Positions 35,590 through 49,959 are shown, counted from the first letter of the stretch. The stretch: 64,000 bases of DNA from Octopus sinensis (GCF_006345805.1 NC_043006.1:24676001-24740000), one strand, 5' to 3'. Translations and numbers: made by a program. Notes: generated by a model from the letters alone, not told the origin.

Positions 35590-37329
35590 TTCTTTGTTTC
35601 TCTGTTCCCTATGCATTCTCAAACAGCTCTACCAAATCAAATTTTACAAGGTAAAATTTTACAGATCCCGTGAGAGTCAACATAATTTTCTTTTTCATAT
35701 CGATTAAAACAATATAACATTGGCACTGGTTTGGTATTTTGTGTCAAAAGTGAAAGAATATCTATATTGTAATGTGATATAATATTGTTTCACTTTTATA
35801 AGACTATGATATTGTTTCACTTATAGTGATGTTGATTAAGTGACATCCTATAATTTAATAAACATGAGAGAAAGAGGGGGTCACCATCTTGTACGTAATG
35901 ACAAGAAAATAAGAATTTGCGAGACGTTTGTAATAAGTCATAACATATTTATTTCCGGAAGAAATGCATTAACATATAATATTAATTGAAAGAAAATGTA
36001 GAGCGACTGTACGTAAAGGAGATGGTGATGAATGTCTCCTTTTAAACGCCGCACAGTCGCCTACAATAAAAGCCAAAATACACGGAATAAAAGAATACCA
36101 GTGCCAAGAAAGAATAAGGAGAAAACACAACCGTATAATGTATAAGAGAAAAGACTTTATTTACAGATGTACTTGTGAGGAGCAGAGTGTTGGTCTATGA
36201 GTGCAACAAGTATGTTTCTGTGTGCGTGTCACAAGTGTGTGTACATGTGCTAGCAGAGTGTGTCTGTGTATGCAATGTAAGTACAAACAAGTGTGTGTCT
36301 GTGTGTTCGTGAGTGCGTTGTGTGTACAGAATAATAAAGAACAATAGAAAATGAGTCTCTCAGGATACTAAATGAATGTTCAGACAAGATGTTGGTAAAT
36401 ACCAGTTCGGTGTAAGACACACCGTAGCAGAGGTTCTGTATCAATGAAGTTGGGGCAAAGTGGAGAGCCGGTTGAACACATGTCATGTAGCGATTGTGGT
36501 TTCTATCCTATGCCGGGTTACTTTGGTACAGTAAGTTCTCGCAGGTAGACTGGAGCTGTTAACAGCGTGAAGTTAAACCTGGAACGATGTTGGTGATGGT
36601 GTGTCTGTAGACATGTTGGTGATGTCGATAAGCTTAAAGCGACAGTAGTGATGACGGCGTTAAGGTGAAGTCAAAGATGGCGACGGCAACGGTGGAGAAG
36701 TCCTGAAATACTGCATTGGTGTTGGCGCTGTCTGCCGCTGGAACATGGCTAAGTCGCTCTGTGGTCAGAGGTTTGTCCCAAGAAGGACTAGAGCCAAAGA
36801 CCCAAATGGTTTGTCGTGACCACCTTTAAAGGGTTTTAGTGGGCTCTAGAGAAGAACCTAGAAGACTGTGTCAGGGACCTTATCTGAAGGTTGTGATTGG
36901 TTAGTTTACACATTGGTGCGAAATAAAGCAAGAGATAAAATTGCACCAAAACCAACCAATCAGGGCAGTGGACACAACTGATCCTAAGCAGTCGAAGGAT
37001 GGCTGCTAACTGCCACGATGTTATTTGTATTGTATATCTCAGAGAGAGAGGATGTGTTTCACTACAAAAACTTGTAACATCACTAGATACTGGATGGTTT
37101 CCATGTTGAAGCTCCTAGGAGCTTGTTCACAGGTCCTTTTCCACTAGTAAAATTAATTTGTCATGTGTAGTACAACACTTCGACAGTTGTAGCTAATAGT
37201 AACATACAGGGTCAAATTTTGCAGGAAGCTCCCTCCAGTGTGTGTCAAGCCTGTTCTTGACGGCATTGACTGATGGAGCTGCGACCATGTCGTCAAAGCT
37301 CAGAGCCTCCCCAGGACGTCGTCAGACTT

Positions 37330-40300
37330 AAACTCTACCAACCCACTACAAAATTCCACAGTGGTAACCTCGCTTCCGGTATTACTTGCTTGGGAGAATA
37401 GAGTGAGCAATTGTCAGCACTCCCTCTGCCATCCCCCCATCTTAGGTCTCCGTCTGATCCATGTACCTAAGCCCCTGAAGGACTCCAATTGTGGAAAAAG
37501 CTGTTTCACCATCCAGGTAGCGCCGGAGATGCCTCAGCCACAACGCATGCTTACGCATCATCAGCCAAGGCATCTCCAGTCCACTCTTTTATGGTTCCTG
37601 ACAGCAGATGGAGCGCCTCACAAATTGTGGCTTCCCCTTCCACAAAAAGTGAAAAAGGATCCTTTCCAGCTTGGTCAGCCACAAACTGGGGTAAGGCAGG
37701 ATGGTCAGGCGGTAGGTTATCACGGATGCTATAAACACCTGTGTAACCTTGGCCCTGCCTAGCAAGGATAACGGCCTCTCAGACAAGATCTGGGTTCTGG
37801 CCGTCACCTTACTCGTTACCTCGCTCTAATTTTTCTCCACCTGGAGATCTGATGCAAACAAGATCCTAAGCAATTTAACTGGGCCCTCAGTCCAGTGTCC
37901 AACGACAGAGTTGGGAAGTATCGACTTGCCACGCCGTGTGGCGAGTTGCAAGCCAACTAATTTTTTCTGGTTAATTTTTGTCCCTGCCACTGCTTTGTAT
38001 CCTTTGATAACATCTTCTACACAAGGTAGCTGCCCTTCATCAGACACGATGATGGTAACCCGGACAACAGATTCAATGTTGCTGTATAAAGCTTCGATCC
38101 AGTCTCAGAAAGTTGGGCCCAGTCCGACTGCCGCCAGATACCAATGGTCAACACTATCGAATGCTTTAGACTGGTCTAAGTTCACCAGTGCCCCACCTTT
38201 GCCAGGAAATTTACCCACCCTCTATATGGTGTAGCGTATGAGATGAAGGTTATCGAATATAATAATGAAATTATTGTATACAGTGCTCAGGTGCACCACA
38301 ACTTGTCAGAAAGTATGTATAAAGTGTATGCAGTAATGTACAAATATCTGGAAAGCGAAAAATGTATGAGTCAGATACATGCTTGTGTGTGTATGGAGGA
38401 GAGGAAATCACGTGTAGTGTTGGCGAATCTCAGAAAGCATGGAAGTTTTGAAGGATGCAGTGCTCCGACAACTAACAACCAATGCCAGCAGTTTGTTCCA
38501 TGCTTCAGCAACTCTCAGCGTGAAAAAATGTTTCCTAAAGTCATGGGAGCTGTGCTGCTTTCTGACTTTGTAAATATGTTCACGGGTGGAGTTTGAAAAG
38601 GTGCTCAGAGTTATTGTTCATAAGATGGTTGATAATTTTATGGGTGTCTGTCAAATCAGCTGCCAGACGTCGGAGTTTCAATGTGTCCATGCTCAGGGAA
38701 GTAAGGCATTCAGAATATGGTAAATGCCTGATGGAGGGTATTCTTTTGGTTGTACATCACTGAACGGCTTCCAGACAATTGATATCCTGGGCAAGATAGG
38801 GGTTCCAGACCGGTGATGCAAATTCCAGATGAGGTCTTACCATAGCTATATAAAGCCGCAGATAGATAGTCGGAGAGCGGCTCACAAAGGATTTGGTGAG
38901 TGATGCCAAGACACCCTCAGCCTTCTTGACAATTTTAGTGATGTGTTTTCTCCAACACAAATCACTGTCGACAATAACACCCAGGTCACGTTCACACGAA
39001 GACTTTTTGAGATTAGTGTTGTGGAGGGAATAGGTGGACGCTGGGTTTCTCCTCCCAAAATGCATGGTGTTACATTTGTCCACAGCCAGCTTGAGTTGCC
39101 AGTCCGATCCATTGCTGTATTATGTCCAGGTCTGCTTGCAATAGAGATCTATAGTGTACAGGATCTGACCTCTTTATTTCGAGGTACAGCTTGATGTCAT
39201 CTGCATATTTCAGCACTGTGGCATTCTTTAAGTTGGCATCTATGTCTTTAACATATGCAACAAATAAAAGGGGGCCAAGAACAGATCCCTGTGGTACACC
39301 AGACGTCATCTCATAGGGTGAAGAGTGCTGTCCTAGAACTGTGACAACCTCTTTTCGGCCGAAAATAAAGGACTTCAACCAGTTATAGAGTTCGTCTCTT
39401 ATGCCCAACGCAGAGAGCTTCACCATGAGTCTTTTGTGTGGCACAGAGTTAAAAGCCTTAGCAAAGTCCAGGTAAACAACATCCATCCAGGATCCGCGAT
39501 CAGTGATTTGGGTAACGTCCTCAAGAAACTCGATGAGTTGATTACGGCAGCTGGAGTTAGGAATAAATCCAAATTGTGACGGCTGGATGAGGCTGTGAGA
39601 ATATCGTCCTAATGGAGATGGCACATGTCTGTGCTTCTACCACCCATGACAATCCTCATTCTCTTGGCTAGAACCTTGGTCAAAATCTTTAACTCTGTGT
39701 TTAGCAGAGTCATGGGCCTAAAATTATTTACGTTATCCCCTTTGCTCGAGTCCTTACTGATCATTGTCACAACTCAGCGGCTCACAGATTTGGGAATTCT
39801 CTCATTCTGCTGCCAATTTGCATTAACACTGGTTATTATGGCATTCTTTTATGAAGTTTGTAAGGTAGACCATCCAATCCCGGCGTCTTGTCCCTGAGGC
39901 ACTCGGAAAGCACCTCTATAACCTCCTTAGCTGTGATCAGCCCTTTACAGTGCTCAGCATCGCGCGCTGAGAAACGTGGGCCGCCAGCCAGGAAATCCCG
40001 CTCCTCCCGAACAATGCAGCAAACTGCTCATGAAAGGCTTTGCACATCTCCTCCTGTCCTTCGATCTTCTGCCCATGTTCATTAACCACAGACCTAATCG
40101 TAGCATCTACGCCACATTGGGTTTCTACTGAGCGAGCCCACCTGGTAATGTTGATACCCTCGTGACACAGTGCACATACTTTAGCCCGAACCTTGCTTCC
40201 TTCGTGTTTGGCATTGAGGTGTTGGTCCAAGGCTGATCTCACTGCCAAAACTTAGGGTGCAGAGCCCATTCTCAGTGACTCTTCTAACACCTTAACTAGT

Positions 40301-40950
40301 TCTCTTTCTACTCTAGTCTGCTACAAACTTAACTGCTTGCTAAATATAGTTGACTCAATATCGAATGGCTTTTTTGAGGTCACCCCACCACCAGTTATTC
40401 GACACAGTGCCGGTTAGTGCCCTCATCACTAACACATTAATCTAGCTGCGGTAAGTTTTGCAATCCAATAGGAACTTGTTCAACTCCCAATAACCAGATC
40501 CCTGTTTATGAACCTTATCTATATGCGACCTACACATCACTAATTTGTGCTTATCTTGCTGTGAAACTTCCGCCATCTTCTAGAAGGTCCAAGAGATAGT
40601 ATGGAAGACGAGAGTGAAAGGAATTGCCTTATTTTCCGTTTCATGTGGAAAATGAAAAAGTCGATTAGCTCGAGATTGGAGATGAACATGCCTGTTACAA
40701 TTCCTTTCACTCTTGTCTCCCATACTAACTCTTTCACAACAGCAACTACCAAGAGAAAACAGGCTTGCTCCTCGCTATTCAGGGAGGTCGGTGGAACTAT
40801 CTTAATTACAGATTCACTCGACAGTTGTACTCTTCTCGAATGCGACAGCAGGTGTTCAACATAAGCCCAGAGCTCAGTCACCTTGGGGCATTGCACAATC
40901 GCATGCAGAACAGTTTCACTGTCTTGCTCGCATCTTGCAGTCAGAGACAT
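37330..40950 (-). mobile_element. Tx1/L1-clade LINE fragments (37330-38230, 39880-40260, 40540-40950), split by a CR1
   Basis: NLDQSKAFDSVDH, LSLLGRAKV..FHFLWKG, C-terminal CEQDSETVLHAIVQCPKV..W zinc knuckle. Confidence 0.75.
38240..39880 (-). mobile_element. CR1-clade LINE RT, decayed
   Basis: YLDFAKAFNSVPH, SGVPQGSVLGPLLF, KYADDIKLY, VRPHLEFASPVWNP, FFTLRVAEAWNKL. Confidence 0.9.
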
Positions 40951-41201
40951 TAATTTGCTCTGAAGTTGCTGGCATTTTAATCAAAACCTGAAAATTTTTA
41001 TTGTAAATTGTATTTGGTTTATCAGTTTCATGCATGTACATATAAAAATGTATATGATATTAAATATTAACCTTAAGGCACAGATTGTGTCTCCATGTAT
41101 ATCTACTCAATGCTAGTGAACAGTTGGAAAGAATATGTTTCAGTATATATATATATATACATACACACACACACACATATATATATACATATATATATAC
41201 A

Positions 41202-42478
41202 CTGTAAAAACTCATGTAATTTGTGCACCTGTGTAATTTACAGAGGTGATTTTCTGGATAAGATTTGTTAAAAAAAGCTTCTACTCATGTAAAATTTGCA
41301 CCCAAATGTTTTCAGAATTGCTGATATAGCCAGGGAAGAAGATTTTCAATTTAGTTGTATTTAGCATAATTTCACTTACTTATTAAGTTTTCATCAAATA
41401 AAAATAATTTCTGTTTAACAGGTATCATATTGAAAGCTATTAAATTACAAAGTGTTTGTGTTGTTTATAATAAACTTTATTTTACATCTCTTGTCCACAA
41501 GAAATTTTGTCCTATCTTTACTTCTGTATGTAAGAGATTATGTTTGATCATACTGCTGTATGTCTTCTCAAATCATGATCACAGGAAAAGTTGTTGATAA
41601 GAATTACCAACAAAAACAATGCTGATAAATACGCACAGGTGTTGCAAAATAAGTTTAATTACCAATAAACATCAGCTTGGATGACACTTTACTCAACTGA
41701 CAGAGGAAGGTGACCGATCAAACTGATTATGTAAATAGAATTCTTTTCTGCCTATTCTTGTTGGAATCTTTGATATGGAGTATCGAAATTTTAATCCCTT
41801 TCACACTTATAAAATGTCAAGCAAACTTAAAAATTTGTCATTACCATTATTGCCAGTATGGGCAGAACTTATGATTTGTTTACTGCGAAGGAGAAATTGA
41901 ATATGCTGAATATGCATTTGAACATGGCAATAGAGCTGCCAGAAGGCATTTTAATGTTAATGAAGCTAATGTTCGAAATTGGCATAAACAGTATGACCAA
42001 CTTAAAATTGTACCTAGTTATAAACAGAGAAAAATAAAACCATACAATCAAGATTATCCATATCATAACATTTTTTTCAGTCAGGAATATCCATATCACT
42101 ATGTATGTCAATGGTGCTCCATTGTAATAGGTAGCAACTCCAAGCAATGTAAAATATGGCCTGGACTATGTTTACTAGCATGAACATCAGACTTCAAGAA
42201 GTAGTTGGCCATTTAACGGTTTTAGTAAATTTATACAAAAAATGTAAGCATTATACCATCCAGCATAATTAAAAGTCAACTTCATTATATTTAAGCCATT
42301 ATTTTTTCTGTAAAAACCTATTCTGACATTAAATGGGCCAACTTCTGGCATTAATGTTCAAGTTTTGTATGTCTTTTTCCAACAAAAGAATTAAAAAAAA
42401 AAAGAAAAAACCTGGAAACGATCTACTCATGTAATTTATGCACTCCCTAAAGTGCATAAATTACATGGGTTTTTACAG
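41202..42478 (+). mobile_element. Non-autonomous pogo-family element with Brinker-type DNA-binding-domain relic
   Basis: TIR ctgtaaaaac(t/c)catgtaattt..gcac, TA at the right end; AEYAFEHGNRAARRHFNVNEANVRNW at about 41905-41980. Confidence 0.75.
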
Positions 42479-42529
42479 TAACTGTTTTTTTTTTGGTATC
42501 CCTTCCATCACATTTTTGGGATATGTCAT

Positions 42530-44100
42530 TAATAAAGATAGAATTCGCCCATAAAGAAGAAAGTCAATGCTGTTCGTGATATTCCAGTTCCTATTTCACT
42601 TGGGAAGTTACGAGAATTTCTTGGACTTATTACCTTCTATAGAAGATTCATTCCACATTGTACAGAGAGTATTTTTCTTCTCATCATGCTACATTATCAG
42701 AAAAAAAAAAAATGAAACTATATCATTAAATTCAGCATCATTGACAGCTTTCAATAATATTAAGGACAACTTATTGAGAGTTACACTGTTGGCACATCTG
42801 GTTCAAGAAGTACCATTAGCTCTAATGCTTCAGACAGAGGTATCAGCATAGTTTTGCGACAACCATCTACAATGCTTGGTAACCCCTTTCTTTTTTTCTG
42901 AGCACTTGAAGCTGGTAGAAATGGGATACAACACTTTATAGTAGAGAACCTTTAGCAGCTTATTTAGCAGTGAAACATTTTCAGCATTTTTCAGAAGGGT
43001 GACAGTTTACAACTTTCACCAATCATAAACCATTGACCTTTGTACTGCAATTTAAAACAGGTAAACATTTCCCCCTAGAGATACCAGACATCTTGATTTT
43101 ATTTTGCAGTTCACTGTGGATATCTGTTGCATCAAGGGTAATGATAATCTAGCTGTGGATACCTTACTGCATATTCATGTTAATGCTTTGCAAACTCATG
43201 ATTCAATTGATTTGCAACAGAATGCTTTGGATCAAGAGGAGGAATTTTTACAACATCAAAAATTGGAATGACTTTCTTTGGATTGTCTGTTGCCATTATA
43301 TTTTTCTGATAAGGTGGTGAGTTGGCAGAAACATTAGCATGCTGGGCAAAATGCTTAGCAGTATTTCATCTGTCTTTACATCTTGAGTTCAAACTCCGCC
43401 GAGGTCGACTTTGCCTTTCATCTTTTTGGGGTTGATAAATTAAGTACCAGTTGAACACTGGAATCGATCTAATCGACTGGCACCCACCCCCAAAATTTCG
43501 GTCCTTGTGCCTAGAGTAGAAAAGATTAAATTCTTCTGATTCATCTATATGGTGCGATGTTTCTACTGGTTTTTCTCAGGCTTATGTTCCAAAGAGTCAT
43601 AAGCGAATTGTTTTCTTCACTCTTTATAATTTATCTCATCCTGATATTTTGGCAGCAGTGAAATTGACCTCAAGTCGTTTTGTATGGCCTAGTATGCAAA
43701 AGGGTAGTTGTAATTGGGTGTGCCAGAAAGCCAAAGACCAAACATCATATCAAAACATCTTTAGGCACCCTTGCTGCTCGCTTCAAACACATCTAAGTAG
43801 ACATTGTGGGTCCATTACCACCAGTTCAAGATAATATGTATCTTTTGACTTGCATGTACTGTTTTTCAATTAAAGTAATCTCATCTCTCATTGTAGCAAA
43901 GGCTGAATGGATTTCACATTTTGGAGCTCTTTTGACCATTACAACTGACAGAGGCTGTCAGTTTGAATCCAGTCTATTTGCCAACCTTGATAACCTCCTC
44001 GACAGTGGTGCATCCACACTAGAGTTTATTGCACCATGTCCAACAGAATGAGGGCATTTTTGTTGCCAATTGAAAGCAGCGCTTCATGCTTATTCTGATT
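42530..44100 (+). mobile_element. Gypsy pol relic (RT end, RNase H, integrase) with SINE insertion 43313-43530
   Basis: KLREFLGLITFYRRFIPH, AAYLAVKHFQHF, NHKPLTF, ITTDRGCQFES. Confidence 0.8.
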
Positions 44101-45279
44101 CAGACTACTGGAAAATATAAAAATTAAAAGAGGCAGCACGTATGAACTTATTGTGTTTGCAACTCATTCTCAAAAGCAGCAGCAGCATCTAATGAACAAA
44201 ATACCATCCAAGCATGGAGAAACATGTTAAATAAAATGCCAAGGGACAGGGATGCAGGAATGTTCACATTCCAAACTCAGGTTTTAATTTGCAAATTGAA
44301 CCATTTTATTTTTCTTGTATTTCTAATATTTGTCAATATTAGAACCAGTGTAATAAATGGATACTTTTTTAAATATTGGGCTGAGTAATTTTTATCTTGC
44401 TGAAAGGGATCATTCATCTGTAGGTGTTACTCATGCTTATTCATGATGACAAGCAATATATATACTGATAGTTATGAATTTGTTTTTCATTGGCATTTTA
44501 TTCAACATATGTTTTTCCATGCTTGCATGGGATTTTGTTCATTAGATGCTGCTGCCTTTGAGAGTGGATTGCAAACACAATAATCGCTTGTTCACCATCT
44601 GTTAAATTTCTATCTATGTTTCTCTAAATATATCACCACTAAAACAGTAAAAACAAGTTTTTGTGTGTACTACTTTGGTTTTCTAAACAACCATAAATGA
44701 AGATAACATTATGAACCCTGCATTTCTTCTTTACCCTGTACTATAATTCATTCAACATTTACATTCTTATATCATTGCATTTTCCATACTTCACTGCACC
44801 CTCATTAAAATATCTAGATTACTTTATTTATTTAATTCTAGATTACTTTACTTGTCCATCATTTAAATTTCAGGGCATCAAATTCTCATATTTTTCCTGT
44901 TTTAACATTGTATTTACCTTGATGCTTTTAAATCAATTGTTCTCTTCTTCTCCACTTTAAATTTTGTTTAAAATTTTCTGTAATTTTATCCATCTAATTT
45001 TAAATATTTTAAATAGAAGAAAACAGTTATTTCTACTATACAAGCACTAAAATGATATGAAAAACTTGTAAGTTAAAACAACTTAACTACATTATATATA
45101 ACTCCTATTCTGAGAAGACTGCAATGTGTTGTTTTTTGTTATCATTTTTATCCAATCTATAAATGAAATAGAACAGTAAATGTAAATGTAGCTGGCATTT
45201 CTTTACATATTTGGCCTTCATGAAAAACATTTTATTCTTATAGGCCCTGTTAAAAAGATGGGCAACGAATTTTCATAGA

Positions 45280-46640
45280 TTCAAACCACCTTACAAAAGA
45301 TGGTCTTGTAGTACATTGCCAATGAACTTCTAGGAGACAAACTGTAGACGAGGACCTTTACTGTCAAGTTCAGAGAAAGAACTACCAAGTGTAAACAACC
45401 ATGCAACTTCAAGAGCTCTTTATTATCTGACCTGGGATACTCCAGGGCTAGCCACTGTTAAACACTATGGTGGTTGATTAACTTCCTGTATGTCCATAGT
45501 TGGACACAGGAGCAGAAGTCAGCATTATCCCAGCATCTGCAAGGGTCTAAAAGTGAGGCCAACTTTTAGCAGCCGCCAATGGTTCTATAAGCAAAGTGTA
45601 CGGATGTTGCATTCTCTCCCTTCACATTGGCTCACAAGCATATACATGGGCATTCACCATTGCTCATCTCCATCAGCCTATTATTGAAGAAGACATTTTT
45701 CAGGCCCACTCACAGCTGATCGATCTTAAAGGAAGATGACTCAGCAACAGCAACACCTATAACTCTGTTACTCTGGCAATATCTGCACATGCTGCTCCTT
45801 GCACAGCAGCCATCTCTCAGCCCCTCGCATAGCAGCCATCTCTCAGACCAAGAATGAGTTTTGGGACTGTCTTATGAACTGCCTGAATCTCACTACCCTG
45901 ACATTCCCCAAACCCACTACTCACAATGGAGTGAAACACCACATCCCAACTACCTGCCCTCCAGTACACAGCCACATGTGTCATCTACCACTGGACAAAC
46001 TTGCTGTTGTGAGGGCCAAGTTCAACAACATGGGAGCTTTGGGTATTGTTCACTAATCAAGCAGTCACTAATCATCACTTCCACATGTGACACCAAAACC
46101 AAACAGAGATTTGCAACCTTGTGGAGATTATCACTGTCTCAACACAAACACTACCCCATTCCACAGATACAAGGTTTCTCAGTCCAGTTAGCCAGGTGCT
46201 CAGTTTTATCAAAAATCAACCTCATCAAAGGTTACCTACCGCTGTAACTCTTTTTGGGCTGTATGAATTACTATGTACAACTTTCAGCCTAAAACATGCA
46301 GCACAATCCTTTCAATGCTTGATGGAGACCATGTTTTTATATACCTAGATGAGTTTTATTGCAAGTCAAAATGAAGAACTACACAAGGAACACCTAGTGA
46401 CCCTTTTCCATAGACTGGAACAAAACAGTTTGGTAGTCAACCCTGCCAAGTGGCTCTGAACCAATTTGTAGGTATGGTAAATTTTTATCATTGTTTCATC
46501 CCCTCTGCAGCAAGACTGATGAGACCCCTATACAAAGTGATATCAAGAAAATATTTAAAAAAACCATTAGAGAGGAACAACAAACACTTGTCAATTTTCA
46601 CTCTCTTTGCCATAGCAACCACATCTTTATAGCTTGTGGA
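45280..46640 (+). mobile_element. Second Gypsy relic (gag end, protease, RT)
   Basis: LDTGAEVS, GVKHHIPT, FVGMVNFYHCFIP. Confidence 0.75.
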
Positions 46641-46779
46641 TTTTAAACATCGCAGGTCAGATCCTCAGCATGCATTTAGTATCCCTGCCAATTTTCAGCT
46701 CGATCCTAGTACGTCTAGTGCCATTGAACCTTTACCAAAGCCAAAGTGTCAATTTTTTTTCCTCTTTTATAGAAGTAGA

Positions 46780-47279
46780 CTAGCAGTATCGCCCGGCATT
46801 GCTCAGGTTTGTTTTGACCCTTTAGGATTGGAATTTTTGAAAATTAAAAATTTTGCATTGTAAATTTGAATGAAATTGGTTGTGTAGTTCTCAAGTTTTA
46901 GGAATTCACAGAGACAGACAGATATAGCAGAAAACACATGTCAAGTTACCACAGTGGGACTGAACTCAGGACCATGTGCTTTGGAACCAAGTTTGTTACC
47001 ACACAGCCACATCTGCACTTATATAAGTGTGTGTGTGTGTGTGGGGGGGGTGCATGTGTGTATATATGTATGCATTTATATATGTGTATATATATGTGTA
47101 CATATTACATGTATACTCATGGAGTGGTTGGCGTTAGGAAGGGCATCCAGCTGTAGAAACACTGCCAGATCAAACTGGAGCCTGGTGCAGCCTTCTGGCT
47201 TCCCAGACCCCAGTCGAACCGTCCAACCCATGCTAGCATGGAAAACGGACGTTAAACGACGATGATGATGATGATGATC

Positions 47280-47310
<31 letters not shown>

Positions 47311-48312
47311 CTACACATACATGTATACATATACATCTATATCTATAGAAATACATCTATACATATACATGTATACATATAGAGCTATACATATACATGT
47401 ATACATATGCATCTATATATATAGTTAGTGATAGTTGAAGGCTATCAAACCTGCCACACATAGACAACTTCAGCTTTATATATTCAGATTAAGAGCACTT
47501 CCCATTCGATTTTTGAGGCGATTCCGTCTGCAAAATATTCTCTCATTTTGAGCTATTTTTTTACCCCATTTTCAAATGAGAACTCCTTAAAAAGGCACAA
47601 ACAAAACTGCTAGAATTTACATTTTTCAAGCTAGAGAATTCAAACTTGCTCCAATTGATTCAGGAAATTTTTCTACGTATATGCTCATATTTTGTTTTTT
47701 GAAAAACTCAAAAATTGAACATGTTTTCGCCCCATTTTTCTGTTGCATTTGCGCAAACACGCGCACAGTCACGCATAGAATACAACATGTTTCGTGAACA
47801 CAACTTAAGGCAATAATGTATGACATCCACTCAGTCGCAGAAAATGCATTGTTTCAGGCCTTTGTTATCGAGATAGACTTGAAACCTACTTTGGCCGTAA
47901 CTACACTATGCCTTCAATAAATGTGTAAATTTTCAGCTCGATCCTAGCACGTCTAGTGCCATTGAATCCTTTGGAAATTTTGAAAAGTAAAAATTTTGCA
48001 TTATGTAGCTTGTTATTCTCTTTAAGTGAAAATTTTTCTGGTTGAAATACACCGAAAAGTGGTGACACAGCAGTCAAAAAATCATAAAAAATTGGGATTT
48101 TTTTTTAGAAAAAAAGCACCTTTTTGATATAAATAATTTTTAGTCTTAACATGGTTTGATTTGAATTTTATCTTCTACGGAATGAAGAGCAAGCCTTCTT
48201 CTATCATACTCTCAATTTTGGTCAACTTGCGCTGCAGGGTCTCGGAGGAGATAGTGTTAGTTGAAGGCTACCAAACCTGCCATACACAGACAACTTTAGC
48301 TTTATATATAGA
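46780..48312 (-). mobile_element. Non-autonomous Helitron complex with nested SINE head and RTE tail (47108-47280)
   Basis: 3' end cctgagcaatgccgggcgatactgCTAG|T on minus strand; 5' TCtatatataaag; homologous to 61862-62249. Confidence 0.65.
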
Positions 48313-48559
48313 CTACTCGTAACCTGTTGGGTCACCGGAAAAGTCTGAGTTTCCCAGCAACAGAGTTTTGTTTCGTGGGGTTTTTTCTTCTTTTTCCAGA
48401 TTATTTTGCATGCTTTCAATGAATGTGAGTTCGAAACCACGGGTAAGCAGCTCCTTTCCCTAGAAAAGGAAAGATTTGGCTGCTATTTCTTGCATGCCCC
48501 GTTACTGTTCTCAATGCCAAAAACCAGACAAACAAACTTTTCGCATTTCAAATTTATAA

Positions 48560-49760
48560 TATAGAGAATAGTAAAGAAGCTAGCATCATTGCTGCCAGAC
48601 TTAAATTAAATAAAAGAATAGAGGTCCTTCCAAAAACCATTATAACTATTAAAGACCATAAAAAGAACTTCCTATGAAATCCTAAATGTAGGCTTATTAA
48701 CCCAGCTAAATTAGAAATTGGTATTATTAGTAAAGAAATTTTAGGAAAAATCAATGTTTGCCAGTGGTCATGTAAGAAGACTCACTGTATAGTGAGAATT
48801 GTGTTTATTTTGGGAGGCGTGAAAGTCATAAATGCTACTAGGTTAGTACAATGGTCCAATAGTATAGAAGTCATTAACTAGTTTAAAGTAATTAGGAATA
48901 AGAATAAACGAGATTTATGTAATTCGATATTGTCGATTTCTATGCCTCTATCTCTAAGGAACTGCTAGATAAACCCTCATCTTCGCAAGCGAATTTCTAG
49001 AAATTAGTACACAAGATAAGGACATAATCTTCCCTGCTAGAAAGACTTTACTCTTCAGTGAGAATGCAAAGTGGGTCAAGACTACCGGTACAGACGGTAC
49101 TTTCAACGTGAGCATGGGGGTCATATGACAGAGCAGGCATATGCGATCTCATTGGACTATTCCTACTCGATATGTTGGGCAAGACTTTTCCTGGTGTACA
49201 TTTCGCCATTTACAAAGATGATGCCCTAACTTTAACCACGAATACCAATGGACTAGCACAAGTTCAGTTTAGGAAGTATATTATCCAAATAATGTAAAAT
49301 TTCGGTCTTAGTATAACTACAGATAGCAACCTGATGATTGCCAATTTCCTAGATGTATCCTTAGATTTAAATAAGAATATTTACAAACCTTATAGGAAGC
49401 CCAACTGCTATACTGGTAATCCAAACTGGTAGTCCTTCGCAGCACAAATAGTATTCCGTCCAACTCTAGCTGTACTCCTATCCTTTATGGTAAAAATCCA
49501 CTTGAAAGGGCACAAACACAGTCATAGAAATTTCCAAAAAATTTTCAGAGGAACACGCCTCCCAAAATAAACACAATTCTCACTACGTAGTGAGTCTTCT
49601 TACATGATCACTGGCAAACAAATACCTGGAACCCAGTGGAGACCCTTGTTTGAAAAAGATACTTAAATACAAACAGCAGCCCCCACTACACTCCCAAAAA
49701 ACAAATGTGGTCATGGTTCAAATGTTCAATTTTTCACGTACGACGTGACTTCCACCATAT
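48560..49760 (+). mobile_element. Decayed Penelope-like element RT (Naiad-like, inferred)
   Basis: IITIKDHKKNF..NPKCRLINPAKLEIG, FDIVDFYASIS, ARKTLLFS, MG-SYDRAGICDLIGLFLL, IYKDDAL, NFLDVSLDL..YKPYRKPN. Confidence 0.8.
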
Positions 49761-49959
49761 TGAACAATGCGACAACTTGGTAGCAGTAAGCAAGCTACTT
49801 ACCACACATCCACTCCTGCACTGATAATATTTATTTTTATATTTACATTGATATATATATATATATTTATGTATTGATATATATATATTTATGTATAATA
49901 TAATGTTAGCAGGGGAAGAAAACCCTAACTAACATATATATATATATATAGTGAGGCAT

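Noticed and set aside
35929-37203. Solo LTRs (TG..CA at 35929-36165 and about 36486-37203)
   Set aside because: No matching TSD, PBS or PPT found; left unclassified.
42530-46640. Permuted Gypsy domain order; likewise Tx1 zinc knuckle upstream of its RT (37330-40950)
   Set aside because: The RT C-terminal segment occurs in both Gypsy blocks, so separate decayed copies explain the order.
48670-48685. In-frame TGA in the Penelope-like RT as selenocysteine
   Set aside because: The copy has many stops and frameshifts; the position is not a Cys-like site and no SECIS is seen.
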